DNA of 64,000 nucleotides from Pedosphaera sp. (GTDB lineage: Bacteria; Verrucomicrobiota; Verrucomicrobiia; Limisphaerales; SIBH01): NCBI GenBank assembly GCA_031414955.1, contig JANOQV010000184.1, positions 64,001 through 128,000 of the forward strand, written 5' to 3'. A program made the position numbers and the translations under genes. A model generated the notes under the pieces. That model saw only the letters and a list, made by a program, of their open reading frames with translations. It did not search any database and was not told the DNA's origin. Positions 28,069 to 37,444 of this stretch are shown piece after piece (within the stretch, counting starts at the first letter, position 1; the number at the start of each line of letters is the position of its first letter).

Positions 28069-29961
28069 TCATCGCTTGAATCTCGCCTGCAAATCCTCGA
28101 CCAGGCGCGGCACGTAGGAGTTGTAGCGGTTGTGGGGGGATGGCCCGTTGGTGGGCACGGTCTGAAAAAAGGCTGCGAGCGGCGCAGCCTTCAGGCCGAG
28201 CGCATCCAGACTGTTCAACGCGGCCAGCGCGCTGAAGACACCGTGCTTCTTCCAGTCGGCGCGGTCTGCAAGGAGCGGGAGGACTTCCTTCAAATCAGCC
28301 TCGGCCCCGAACTGCCCGAGGAACTGCGCGGCGGAGATGCGCACATCCGGGCAGGAATCGTGGAGCGCGGCCCGAAGTTCAGTTCGTGACGCCTCGACCA
28401 CAGCTTGACCGCGCATCCCCAAGCCGAGCACACCCCAATAACGCACCGCGCTGTCCTCATCCCGCATCGCCCTCTGCAAGGCTGGCACCGCCTCGGGCTG
28501 GAGCAGCGAGGCCAACTCCGCAATGTCGAGCACCCTGGCCAGCGGATATTTGCGGTCGTCGTGACCGAGGTCGTAGGGCGAACCGCCGGCCGCGCGGGTG
28601 AAGCGCTCGCCTTCCGGGATGAAGCCCACGTCGCGAATCTGAAGCGCATGCTCCCGCTGCGCCGCGCGAAGCCTGGCTTTGAGGCCCGAGTGCGCCGGCG
28701 ACGCGGCGAGGTTCTTCACTTCGTCGGGGTCGGTTTGCAAATCGTAGAGTTCCTCCGGCGGCTTGCGGTTCCAGAACACGTCCTGCACCGGCGTCAGCCT
28801 GCCTTCGTGGTGCAGCTTCTCCCACACCCGGGTCGTGGGCGTGGCCCACATGTAGTCGAGGTGCTGGCCATAGATCAGATGCGGCAGGTAGTTGCGGACA
28901 TAGACGTAGCGGCCATCGGTCACGCTGCGCACGAGGTCGTAACGCTCATCCATGCGGCCGCGGAAGCCGTGGAGAAAATCCGGCGCGGGCGCGATGAACT
29001 GGCCGAGGAAAGCGCGGCCTTGCATCCAGTCCGGCGGCTGGACCCCCGCGAGGCTGAGCAAGGTGGGCGCAAAATCAACAAAGCTCGCCAACCGCTCCGA
29101 GCGGCCACCGGGCTGGTAATCCGCCGGGCGCAGATGCTTGAACTGCTCCGGGATGAACACCACCAGCGGCACATGAAGTCCCGAGTGGTAAGGCCAGCGT
29201 TTGCTGCGCGGCATGCCGGAGCCATGGTCGCCGTAGTAAAAGACGATCGTGTCGTCGGTCAGCCCATCGGCTTCAAGCTGGGCCAGAATTTTTCCCGCGT
29301 CCGCATCGGCGGCGCTCACCACATCGTAATACTGCGCCCAATCGCGGCGCACCTCGGGCGTGTCGGGATGGTAGGGCGGCACGCGCACCTTGGCCGGGTC
29401 GTGAACGGGCGTGTGGGGTCGCGCGCGGATTTTGCTCTCGTGACTTTTCTCCGAGTTGAAGACGGCGAAGAACGGCTGGCCGGCGGAGCGATTCCGCCAG
29501 TGCCCCTTTTTCGAGGAGTCGTTCCAGACCTGGCCCGGCGGGGCGAGATTGTAATCCTCCTTGGCGTTGTTCGAGCAATAGTAGCCTGCGGCGCGCAGCA
29601 GTTGCGGATACATCTGCTTGCCGGCCGGATAAGGAACGAGGCTGCGCATGTGTTCGCCGCCCGTGGATTGCGCATACATGCCAGAGATGAGCGTCGTCCG
29701 CGAAGGAGCGCAAACCGGGGCGCAGGACCACACCCGGGTGTAAATCATCCCGCGCGCCGCCAGCTTGTCCACGTTCGGTGTGGTGGCGAACTTGTCGCCA
29801 AAACAACCCATCTCGACGCCATGATCCTCGCTCGTGAGCCAGAGGATGTGGGGGCGCGGAGCGGCCGTGGCGAGGAATGGAAACAACACGATCAGTCCTG
29901 ACAGGCGGGCACGCACGCGCGGCCAGGCACGAAGCAAATCATTGGGCATGGCCGTGCTCAT
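28069..29961 (-). CDS. Sulfatase (S1, Cys-type) with C-terminal HEAT-like repeats
   Basis: HILWLTSED, CAPSR formylglycine motif, GDHG, SFVDFAPT, EELYDL..DP.E; D..VR repeats at the C-terminus; start uncertain (29961 or 29949). Confidence 0.93.
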   Translation of the reverse strand: MSTAMPNDLLRAWPRVRARLSGLIVLFPFLATAAPRPHILWLTSEDHGVEMGCFGDKFATTPNVDKLAARGMIYTRVWSCAPVCAPSRTTLISGMYAQSTGGEHMRSLVPYPAGKQMYPQLLRAAGYYCSNNAKEDYNLAPPGQVWNDSSKKGHWRNRSAGQPFFAVFNSEKSHESKIRARPHTPVHDPAKVRVPPYHPDTPEVRRDWAQYYDVVSAADADAGKILAQLEADGLTDDTIVFYYGDHGSGMPRSKRWPYHSGLHVPLVVFIPEQFKHLRPADYQPGGRSERLASFVDFAPTLLSLAGVQPPDWMQGRAFLGQFIAPAPDFLHGFRGRMDERYDLVRSVTDGRYVYVRNYLPHLIYGQHLDYMWATPTTRVWEKLHHEGRLTPVQDVFWNRKPPEELYDLQTDPDEVKNLAASPAHSGLKARLRAAQREHALQIRDVGFIPEGERFTRAAGGSPYDLGHDDRKYPLARVLDIAELASLLQPEAVPALQRAMRDEDSAVRYWGVLGLGMRGQAVVEASRTELRAALHDSCPDVRISAAQFLGQFGAEADLKEVLPLLADRADWKKHGVFSALAALNSLDALGLKAAPLAAFFQTVPTNGPSPHNRYNSYVPRLVEDLQARFKR

Positions 29962-30063
29962 ACTGGCAACCGCCCACACCGGCGAGCGAAATTCCCGCCG
30001 CGGGCAGGCCGCACGGTCGGAGTGAGGACGGCCCGTCCGCGCGTCGTCCCACCCAGTCACTCA

Positions 30064-30246
30064 GAGCCTGTCTGCAATGTCACTCGCCGGCGAACCCCAT
30101 CGGCCCCGGAGTGCGCCCGTCCTCGGGTGCAGCAACGCGCGCCAGCCAGCGGGCGAGGATTTTTCCGACGCGCCCGGAGTCACCGCGTTGCTGCGCCCGA
30201 GGACGGGCGCACTCCGCCTGAGAATTGTCTGACAATTCTCAGGCGG
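30064..30246. mobile_element. MITE-like element, copy 2 (reverse orientation, degenerate end)
   Basis: Aligns by eye with the reverse complement of 2251-2426 (GAGCCTGTCTG end, GGAGTGCGCCCGTCCTCGGG...CCCGAGGACGGGCGCACTCC, TTTTTCCGACGCGC spacer); ends in a perfect hairpin at 30214-30246. Confidence 0.75.
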
Positions 30247-30443
30247 GGACGAGCCGTCCCGATCCCGTTCGGCTCGGATCACGATGGCACCTGCACACTG
30301 GTTCTGATCACACCCGAACCGGACTCAACCGGACCACCGGACTCCACTCACGAAAAAAGAGTTGCCTCCAGGCGAAGTGGTCGCCTACAGAGTCTCCCAT
30401 CTTAATCGCCAGCGTCGTCACCAGGTGCGTCCTCGCGCCAGCC

Positions 30444-31376
30444 TTGCGGTCCTGCCCGGGAATCGTCGCCGCGGTGATCTCCGCAACTCTTCTGTCTGGC
30501 TGTGGGACCGTGCCGGTCTGTTCGTTCGCGCAGGTCCGCGGCCAGAGGGATGTGATGAAGGAGATCATGGCGTGCAACAACAAGCTGGTGTCCCTTTCCG
30601 CCCCCGAGCTCCAGCGCGGCCGGCCGGTGCTCGTCCTGCTGCATGGGGCCACGGACGATCCGTCTGAAATGCTCGCCATCGCCCAGGAGCGCGCCGGCAC
30701 CCACAACGTCTTCCTCTACTCGTTCAACTTTCATCAACCCATCGACCGCGTGGCGCGGGATTTCGTGCGCGAGATGCAGGCGCTTCGGGCGGCCCAACCG
30801 GAGTCCTTCGCCGCGCCGGCTTCGCAGCGGGCCTTGACCGTGGTCAACTACTCCTATTCCGCCATCGTCTTCCGCAAGGCGGTGCTGCTGGCCGGGGACG
30901 AGGCCATCTTCTCCGGCGCAGCCATCGTGCAAATGGTGCCCACGGCCGGAGGCTCCTTCCTGGCCCGGCACATGGGCAACCCTGTCGCGGCCGCACTCGT
31001 CGCCCTGGCCTCCAAGTTCAGCCTGGCCGAGAACCCGTACGGCGGCCTGGCCGAGAAATTGTGGGACGGCGAGGGCAACCGGAAATTCTACGATGTCATC
31101 GACGCTCGCCAGATGCGCACCCTGCTCGTGGAAGGTGATCCCCATTCGCTCGCCCGCGTGGCCGACGAGAAAGTACAGCGCCGCTATCAAAATGGCATTG
31201 GCCCCAACGTCGTGACCATCCCCAAGCGCTCCGGCGTCACGCACGAAAATTTCCCCACCCATCCCGTGGCTCTCGATTATCTGCGCACCATTTTGCACCC
31301 GGCCGCCGGGGAACGCGCGGACACCGGAAGCCAGTCCTCCGGCTCGTCCGCAATTCTCATCTCCGTCGGGCCGTGA
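30444..31376 (+). CDS. Putative lipoprotein, alpha/beta-hydrolase-like fold
   Basis: TTG start gives MRSCPGIVAAVISATLLSGC lipobox; RPVLVLLHG oxyanion motif, VVNYSYS elbow, late His (VTHE); start uncertain. Confidence 0.6.
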   Translation: MRSCPGIVAAVISATLLSGCGTVPVCSFAQVRGQRDVMKEIMACNNKLVSLSAPELQRGRPVLVLLHGATDDPSEMLAIAQERAGTHNVFLYSFNFHQPIDRVARDFVREMQALRAAQPESFAAPASQRALTVVNYSYSAIVFRKAVLLAGDEAIFSGAAIVQMVPTAGGSFLARHMGNPVAAALVALASKFSLAENPYGGLAEKLWDGEGNRKFYDVIDARQMRTLLVEGDPHSLARVADEKVQRRYQNGIGPNVVTIPKRSGVTHENFPTHPVALDYLRTILHPAAGERADTGSQSSGSSAILISVGP

Positions 31377-31667
31377 GCGGAACCACGCCTACCGTCCGCT
31401 GGCCGCCGGCCGGGCCTTCGTCTCTCCGAACGCCGGTCGCATCCCAGCGCCAGCGCCAGCACGAGTCCTGCGAGCGATTGAATTTTCATAGCATTCCTGT
31501 TCCCCGGCCAAACTGACAAAGGCCAGTTCCATGCAACAGCCCGAACTGGACACAGCGGACCGAACTGATAGTCGCACCCCATCGCGCCGAGGTTACATTG
31601 AGGTGAATCCTGGCCCGGGAGCGTCGATTCATTTGCCTAGACCACGCCCGGTTGCTAGTTTCAACCC

Positions 31668-34496
31668 ATGTTCCAACGTCTATTTCTAGTGGCGGGCGTG
31701 CTGGTCGCGTTCGTCGTTCACGTCTCGGCGCAAAGCATCGTCATCGACGGCGTGGCCGATCGCACCACCTACACCGACACGGCCACCTTCCGCGTGCAGA
31801 CGAACACAGGCTTCAGTTACGCCGTCACGCTCAACGGGCTGGCGATGCCGGCGGGCGTGTCGAACAGGGTTACGCGCATGGACTATTACGACCTCGCCAT
31901 CACCCGCACCGACACCGGCACGCTGGCCGTGAGCAACGCTTTGGTGCGGTTCATCATCCTCTCGTCGCAACGCGGTTCGCCAGAGTTGGGATTGCTGCAA
32001 TGGGTGCCGCTGCCGCCGATTCCTTCCACGGCACCGGAGATGGCGGGCGCGCATCTCGATCTGGTGACGCCGCAGGATTACCCGGCGGGGCTGGACATCC
32101 CCGTCATCGCGCGCGTGGAAGATGGCACGGGCAACGCACGGCGCGTGAACGGCTGGGTGAGCGCGCCGGGCTACGAGGCGAGTGCGTTCCGCATTTTGCG
32201 CGGCGGGGGTTTCGGCCTGCTGCCGCCGGCCGTTGCGGGAACGAATGTTTCGTTCAATGGCGCGCTCCAGTCGCTCGCCGCGAGCAAGCAGATCAACATC
32301 GAATCGAACACCACCTGGACGACCGTCTCCGGCGTGCTCGGCACGACGACCTGGGCCACGAACTCGCGCATTCACGTCACGGGCCACCTCACCATTCCCG
32401 CCGGGGTCACGCTGACCATCGAGGCCGGCACCGTGGTGCGGTTGAACCCCGGCGTGAACATCACCAACACCGGACGCACCCTCATCCACGGCACCGTGAC
32501 TCAGCCGGTTGTGTTCACGCCCACCAACCGCGTCGCGCCGGAGCAACGCACCTTTGCGTGGGGCGGTTGGTTCATGCGCGGGTCCGCGTCCGAGTTGACC
32601 GCCAACCACGCCATCATGACCGGCTCCGGCGCGGCCGCGAGCATCAGCTACTCGCCCGGCTCGAGCCACAAGTCCGAGCAGCCGCTGTTCTTCGTCCACT
32701 CAAACGCGCTGTTGCGATTGACGAACTGCGCCGCCATCAACCTGGCCGGGCAGGTCGGCAACGGCTATTTCTCGACCATCACCTGGGAGCGCTGCCTGGT
32801 GCAGCGCGCCATCACCGTGGGCGAATGGGAAGGCTGCACGAACATCGTCAGCCGCTCCGCCATGATCGAGTTCCCGTCAGTGGACGGCATCTACAGCGCG
32901 GCCATCTCGGACGCGGACTACGACGGCATTTACACCATTCGCGGGACCAATTTTTACGTGAACAGCCTCTTCGGTTTTTGCAAGGACGACGCCATCGACT
33001 TCGGCTCCGGCGGGGCCGGCTCCGCTGTGGTGAGGAACTGCTGGGTTGAATCCGCCTTGCACGAGGCGCTCGCGTGGTCCGGCGAAGGCCGGCGTACCTG
33101 GACCTACGACAGCGTGCTGATGAACTGCGGCCAAGGCATCGAATGCGGCTGGAGCACCGGCGCGAGCAGTCCGCTCGTGGACGGCAGCAATCTTCTCAGC
33201 ACCGCCAATTCCGTCGGCGCGCGCTTCGGCGACAATTACACCGGCACCACCGGGCTGGGATTGAAGAACGGTTTCCTGACGCTCACAAACTCCTTCGTCC
33301 TCCACAACTATCGCGACGTGTGGGGGCAGGTCTGGGACAACACCTGGAATTACCGCACCGGCCAGATGGACATCCGCAGCAACTTCCTCACGGCGCCGAA
33401 CACCAACCATCCGGCCAACGCGGTTTGGAATCCGGCGACCGACGCGCCGCGGCTCGCGCCCTTCATGACCACGCCGCCGAATGCGCCGGTGGGCGCAGGG
33501 CTGGCGTTGTGGAATCTCAATCTCACCGTTGCCGATCTGACCAACGGCATTCCCGTTCGGCTCAGTTCCTTCACCACCAACACGGTCAGCGTGGATTACG
33601 CCATCGAAACGCCGGCTGCCACCATAGCGAGCGGCACGCTGGTCTTCACGCCCGGCGAGACGGTGAAGAAAATCTTTGGCAACCCGGCGGCACTGGGCGG
33701 AGCAGGCACCTGGCGCGTGGTCTTAAGCCCGAACACCGGCGGCGAGATTACCGGAGCGCGCTACGCCTACGCGCTGCCGTCCGTGAGCGCACCGACGAAC
33801 ACCACGCTCATTCCGTACGGCGCGAGCTGGAAATACCTCGACGACGGCTCCGACCAGGGCACGGCGTGGCGTCCGCTCGGCTTCGCCGACAACACCTGGT
33901 CGAACGGGCTGGCGCAGCTTGGATTCGCCGATGGCGACGAGGCGACTCCGATCCGCCGCACCAACAGCGTGACCTTCCAGACCAACATCACCTTCTATTT
34001 CCGCCGCGCGTTCACCGTCGCCAATGCGCCACAGTTCTCCTCATTGAATATGCAACTCCTGCGCGATGACGCGGGCGTGGTTTACCTGAACAACACCGAG
34101 GTGTTCCGCAGTCCGAACCTGCCCGCCGGAACCATCACCTACACGACGCTCGCACTCGGAGCCGCGCCGACGGACAACACCGTGGACACCACCAACCTGC
34201 CGCCGACCCTCGTGACCAACGGGCTGAACATCGCGGCCGTGGAAATTCACCAGCAGGCGCTGTCCTCCTCGGATCTCAGCTTCGACTTTCAGTTGCAGGG
34301 CAGCGTCGCGGCCACTTCGGTGCGGGTGGAGATGATGCCGTTCGGCGCGCAATTCGTGCTCACCTGGAGCGCGCCCGGCTACCTGCTTGAACAAGCCGAC
34401 ACCGTGACCGGCCCGTGGAACTTCGTCGCGAGCGAAGGCCCGGTCACAGTAAGTCAGGGTCCGCCCCAACGTTTCTTCCGCCTGCGAAAACCTTGA
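31668..34496 (+). CDS. Large secreted multi-domain protein (beta-helix-like core, Calx-beta-like and carbohydrate-binding-like modules)
   Basis: Signal peptide; LTIPAGVTLTIEAGTVV..G..GT..PVVFT, DDAID, GTLVFTPGETVK, WKYLDDGSDQGTAWR...RDDAGVVYLN...AVEIHQ; C-terminal RFFRLRKP tail. Confidence 0.85.
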   Translation: MFQRLFLVAGVLVAFVVHVSAQSIVIDGVADRTTYTDTATFRVQTNTGFSYAVTLNGLAMPAGVSNRVTRMDYYDLAITRTDTGTLAVSNALVRFIILSSQRGSPELGLLQWVPLPPIPSTAPEMAGAHLDLVTPQDYPAGLDIPVIARVEDGTGNARRVNGWVSAPGYEASAFRILRGGGFGLLPPAVAGTNVSFNGALQSLAASKQINIESNTTWTTVSGVLGTTTWATNSRIHVTGHLTIPAGVTLTIEAGTVVRLNPGVNITNTGRTLIHGTVTQPVVFTPTNRVAPEQRTFAWGGWFMRGSASELTANHAIMTGSGAAASISYSPGSSHKSEQPLFFVHSNALLRLTNCAAINLAGQVGNGYFSTITWERCLVQRAITVGEWEGCTNIVSRSAMIEFPSVDGIYSAAISDADYDGIYTIRGTNFYVNSLFGFCKDDAIDFGSGGAGSAVVRNCWVESALHEALAWSGEGRRTWTYDSVLMNCGQGIECGWSTGASSPLVDGSNLLSTANSVGARFGDNYTGTTGLGLKNGFLTLTNSFVLHNYRDVWGQVWDNTWNYRTGQMDIRSNFLTAPNTNHPANAVWNPATDAPRLAPFMTTPPNAPVGAGLALWNLNLTVADLTNGIPVRLSSFTTNTVSVDYAIETPAATIASGTLVFTPGETVKKIFGNPAALGGAGTWRVVLSPNTGGEITGARYAYALPSVSAPTNTTLIPYGASWKYLDDGSDQGTAWRPLGFADNTWSNGLAQLGFADGDEATPIRRTNSVTFQTNITFYFRRAFTVANAPQFSSLNMQLLRDDAGVVYLNNTEVFRSPNLPAGTITYTTLALGAAPTDNTVDTTNLPPTLVTNGLNIAAVEIHQQALSSSDLSFDFQLQGSVAATSVRVEMMPFGAQFVLTWSAPGYLLEQADTVTGPWNFVASEGPVTVSQGPPQRFFRLRKP

Positions 34497-35431
34497 TGCT
34501 CACCCGCCGGAAATTCATTGAGCGCTCGGCCCTGGCCACCGCTGCCGTCGCCACGTCGGGATGCGGCACCGTTCTTTCGCAGCCGCCCGATCTAATCGAT
34601 TGCCACACGCACTTCTACGATCCGACCCGGCCGCAAGGCGTGCCGTGGCCGGGGAAGAATGAGGCGCAACTTTATCGCCGCGTGTTGCCGGCAGACTTCA
34701 AACGCCTCGCCACGCCGCTCGGCATCACCGGCACCGTGGTGGTCGAAGCCAGCGCGTGGCTGGAGGACAACCAGTGGATTCTCGACCTCGCGCAGGACGA
34801 GCCGTTCATCAAAGGCTTCGTCGGCCATCTGAATCCGGGCGAGGTGGAGTTTCCGCCGCAGGTGAAACGCTTCGCGCGCCACAAATTGTTTCGCGGCATT
34901 CGCGTAAGCGGCGGCGAGGTGAAGCGGTTGATCGAGCCGGATCGCTTGAACCACTTGGGCCTGCTCGCTGAACTCGATCTCTCCCTCGACGTGAACGGCG
35001 GCGTGGATTCGTTGTCGTCGGTGGCCGCCATCGCCCGCGCCGTGCCTTCACTGCGCATCGTCATCGACCATGTGGCGAACGTGCGCATCGACGGCGAAGC
35101 GCCGCCGTCAGCCTGGCAGGAGGGAATGAGGCAGGCCGCGGAGCAACGGAACGTCTTCTGCAAAGTCTCCGGCCTGGTCGAAGGCAGCGGTCGCCGCCCC
35201 GGCCAGGCACCGCGCGATCTGAGCTTCTACCGCCCCGTGCTCGACCACGTCTGGCGGCTGTTCGCGCCCGACCGCGTCATCTACGGCAGCAACTGGCCGG
35301 TGAGCGAACTGTTCGCCAACTTTGCCACCGTGCATGCGCTGGTGAGGAGCTACTGCGCGGAGCAGGAGCGCGACTGCGGTCGATTCTTCGCCGCCAACGC
35401 CCGCGCGGCTTACCAGTGGGTCCGGAGGTGA
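34496..35431 (+). CDS. Amidohydrolase_2 family protein (L-fuconolactonase-like) with Tat signal
   Basis: MLTRRKFI twin-arginine signal, IDCHTHF, VVVEAS, VIDH, NVFCKVSGL, YGSNWPVS; ATG overlaps the upstream TGA. Confidence 0.85.
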   Translation: MLTRRKFIERSALATAAVATSGCGTVLSQPPDLIDCHTHFYDPTRPQGVPWPGKNEAQLYRRVLPADFKRLATPLGITGTVVVEASAWLEDNQWILDLAQDEPFIKGFVGHLNPGEVEFPPQVKRFARHKLFRGIRVSGGEVKRLIEPDRLNHLGLLAELDLSLDVNGGVDSLSSVAAIARAVPSLRIVIDHVANVRIDGEAPPSAWQEGMRQAAEQRNVFCKVSGLVEGSGRRPGQAPRDLSFYRPVLDHVWRLFAPDRVIYGSNWPVSELFANFATVHALVRSYCAEQERDCGRFFAANARAAYQWVRR

Positions 35432-35545
35432 GCGCTGGAGCGCGGTAACGACGTCTTGTCATGGCCCACAACTTTCCTCGGCCGGCCTGAATCCCGCTGG
35501 GATTCAAAGCCGCCCCGTCGCATGGTGGGATTCGATCGCATCATT

Positions 35546-36307
35546 CTACGCCGCCGCCAGCACCGACTTGAGCCACTCCATCTCCCCGTTCACATCCTCC
35601 GGCGCGAGGACCGTGCGGGCCACTTCATCTCGCAGCAATTCACGGAATTTCGCCCGCGCCCGGAACACCAGCAGCCGCACCGCCGTCTCGCTGGCTTCGA
35701 GTTTCACCGCGACCTCGCGGTAGGAAGGCGGCGCATCATCGCCGAGCAGGAACGGCAGCAGCGCCTCGAAGACCCCCGCGCGCCCCGTCTCCGCGAAGGT
35801 CTCGCGCAATTGTTCGCGCACGCCGTCGAGAAGGAGATGCGCCCAGGCCTGCGTGAAGAGCCGCTCCGGGTCGCGCTGGTCCTGCGGCTCATGGGCATAG
35901 CGATCCTCGGCGCTCATCTCCTCGAAGGCGATGAGCTGTTGCCCGCCGCCCCGCTTTTGCGAGCTCTCTCGACGCACTTGATCGGCCAGGTGCCGGTCAA
36001 GCGAACCGAGGAGAAACGTCCGCAGCCGCCCCTTGTCCGCTTGCGCCGCGTCGAAGGACTCGTCGTGGAGCAGCTTGAGGAAAAAGCCTTGCGTCAAATC
36101 CTCCGCGTCGTGCTGCGCGTGGCCGCGCCGGCGGAGGAACGCATAAACGGGATACCAGTAGAGCGCGCAAAGTTCCTCCAGCGCCGCCTGCCGGACCGCG
36201 CCGCCTTGCCGCACGCGCGTGACCAGGGTCCAGTGGGTGGTGGGGAACTCCGGGCGTGGGCCGGGCAGGCCCGCCGGGCATTGGTTGTCGGCTCTTGAAG
36301 GTATCAT
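35546..36307 (-). CDS. ECF-type RNA polymerase sigma factor (paralog of 16224-16952)
   Basis: FPTTHWTLV, YWYPVYAFLRR, DAEDLTQGFF, GRLRTFLL, KRGGG; start uncertain. Confidence 0.88.
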   Translation of the reverse strand: MIPSRADNQCPAGLPGPRPEFPTTHWTLVTRVRQGGAVRQAALEELCALYWYPVYAFLRRRGHAQHDAEDLTQGFFLKLLHDESFDAAQADKGRLRTFLLGSLDRHLADQVRRESSQKRGGGQQLIAFEEMSAEDRYAHEPQDQRDPERLFTQAWAHLLLDGVREQLRETFAETGRAGVFEALLPFLLGDDAPPSYREVAVKLEASETAVRLLVFRARAKFRELLRDEVARTVLAPEDVNGEMEWLKSVLAAA

Positions 36308-36423
36308 CGCGAACGTCCGGAGCGTGCGTGACTTTCTGTCGGGAAGAAAGCCTATTCAAACCGCAGTGAGGCCTTCATTTTCCCGCGTTGCCGAGGATCA
36401 GGGAATTGCGGCAATGTCCCGCG

Positions 36424-37440
36424 ATGCAACTCCGACTCCGCGACCTTCATCTGCCCATGCGCCACGCTTTCACCATCGCGCTCGGCACCACCACGGTGCA
36501 GCACAACCTGCTGGTCGAACTGGAACAGGACGGAGTGATCGGCTACGGCGAAGGTGCCTCTTCGCACGCCTACGAAGCGTTCACAGCCGAGTCGATGCGC
36601 GCCGCATTGGAGGCGGCGCGTCCACGGATCGAGGGCGAACGACTCAATGAACCAACGAAGCTCTGGGACAAGCTCGCGCCGGTGCTCGGCCACAATCGTT
36701 TCGCCCTCTGCGCCCTCGATGAGGCCGCGCACGATCTGTGGGGTAAGCTGCGCGGCGCGCCGGTGTGGAAATTGTGGGGATTGGAACTGAAAAACCTCCC
36801 GCCGAGCGATTACACCATCGGCATCGATCCCATCGAGAAGATGGTGGCCAAGATGAAGGAATTCGACGGCTGGCCCATTTACAAGATCAAGCTCGGCACT
36901 GCGGACGACCTCGCCATCGTGCGGGAGTTGCGCCGGCACACCGACGCCGTGTTTCGCATCGACGCCAATACCGCCTGGAGCGCGGACCAGACCATTGCCC
37001 TCGCGCCGGAGTTGAAGAAGCTGGGCGTGGAGTTTCTGGAACAGCCGCTACCGCGCGATGATTGGAACGGAATGCGCCGCGTCTTCCGCGAGTGTGCGCT
37101 GCCCGTGTTCGCCGATGAAAGCTGTCTGGTGGAGGAGGACGTGCCGCGTTGCGCGGGATTCTTTCACGGCATCAACATCAAGCTGACCAAGGCCGGTGGA
37201 CTGACCCCGGCGCGGCGGATGATTACGCGCGCGCGCGAACTCGGCCTGAAGGTCATGGTCGGCTGCATGAACGAAAGCTCCATCGGCATCAGCGCCATCG
37301 CGCAGTTGCTGCCGCTCCTGGATCATGTGGACATGGACGGCGCGCTGCTCATCGCGAAGGACATCGCCAGCGGCATGCGCATGGAAAAGGGCCGGGTGAT
37401 TTTTCCGGATGAGAACGGCAACGGAGTGAACCTCCTCTGA
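36424..37440 (+). CDS. Dipeptide epimerase (L-Ala-D/L-Glu epimerase, enolase superfamily)
   Basis: GYGE, YKIKLG (KxK), DAN, EQP, ADES, INIKL, GCMNE, DMDG (DxD). Confidence 0.92.
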   Translation: MQLRLRDLHLPMRHAFTIALGTTTVQHNLLVELEQDGVIGYGEGASSHAYEAFTAESMRAALEAARPRIEGERLNEPTKLWDKLAPVLGHNRFALCALDEAAHDLWGKLRGAPVWKLWGLELKNLPPSDYTIGIDPIEKMVAKMKEFDGWPIYKIKLGTADDLAIVRELRRHTDAVFRIDANTAWSADQTIALAPELKKLGVEFLEQPLPRDDWNGMRRVFRECALPVFADESCLVEEDVPRCAGFFHGINIKLTKAGGLTPARRMITRARELGLKVMVGCMNESSIGISAIAQLLPLLDHVDMDGALLIAKDIASGMRMEKGRVIFPDENGNGVNLL

Positions 37441-37444
37441 CCCG

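Noticed and set aside
31277..31489. Minus-strand MKIQSLAGLVLALALGC lipoprotein-like start
   Set aside because: Continues into low-complexity sequence overlapping the convergent gene; at most a gene remnant
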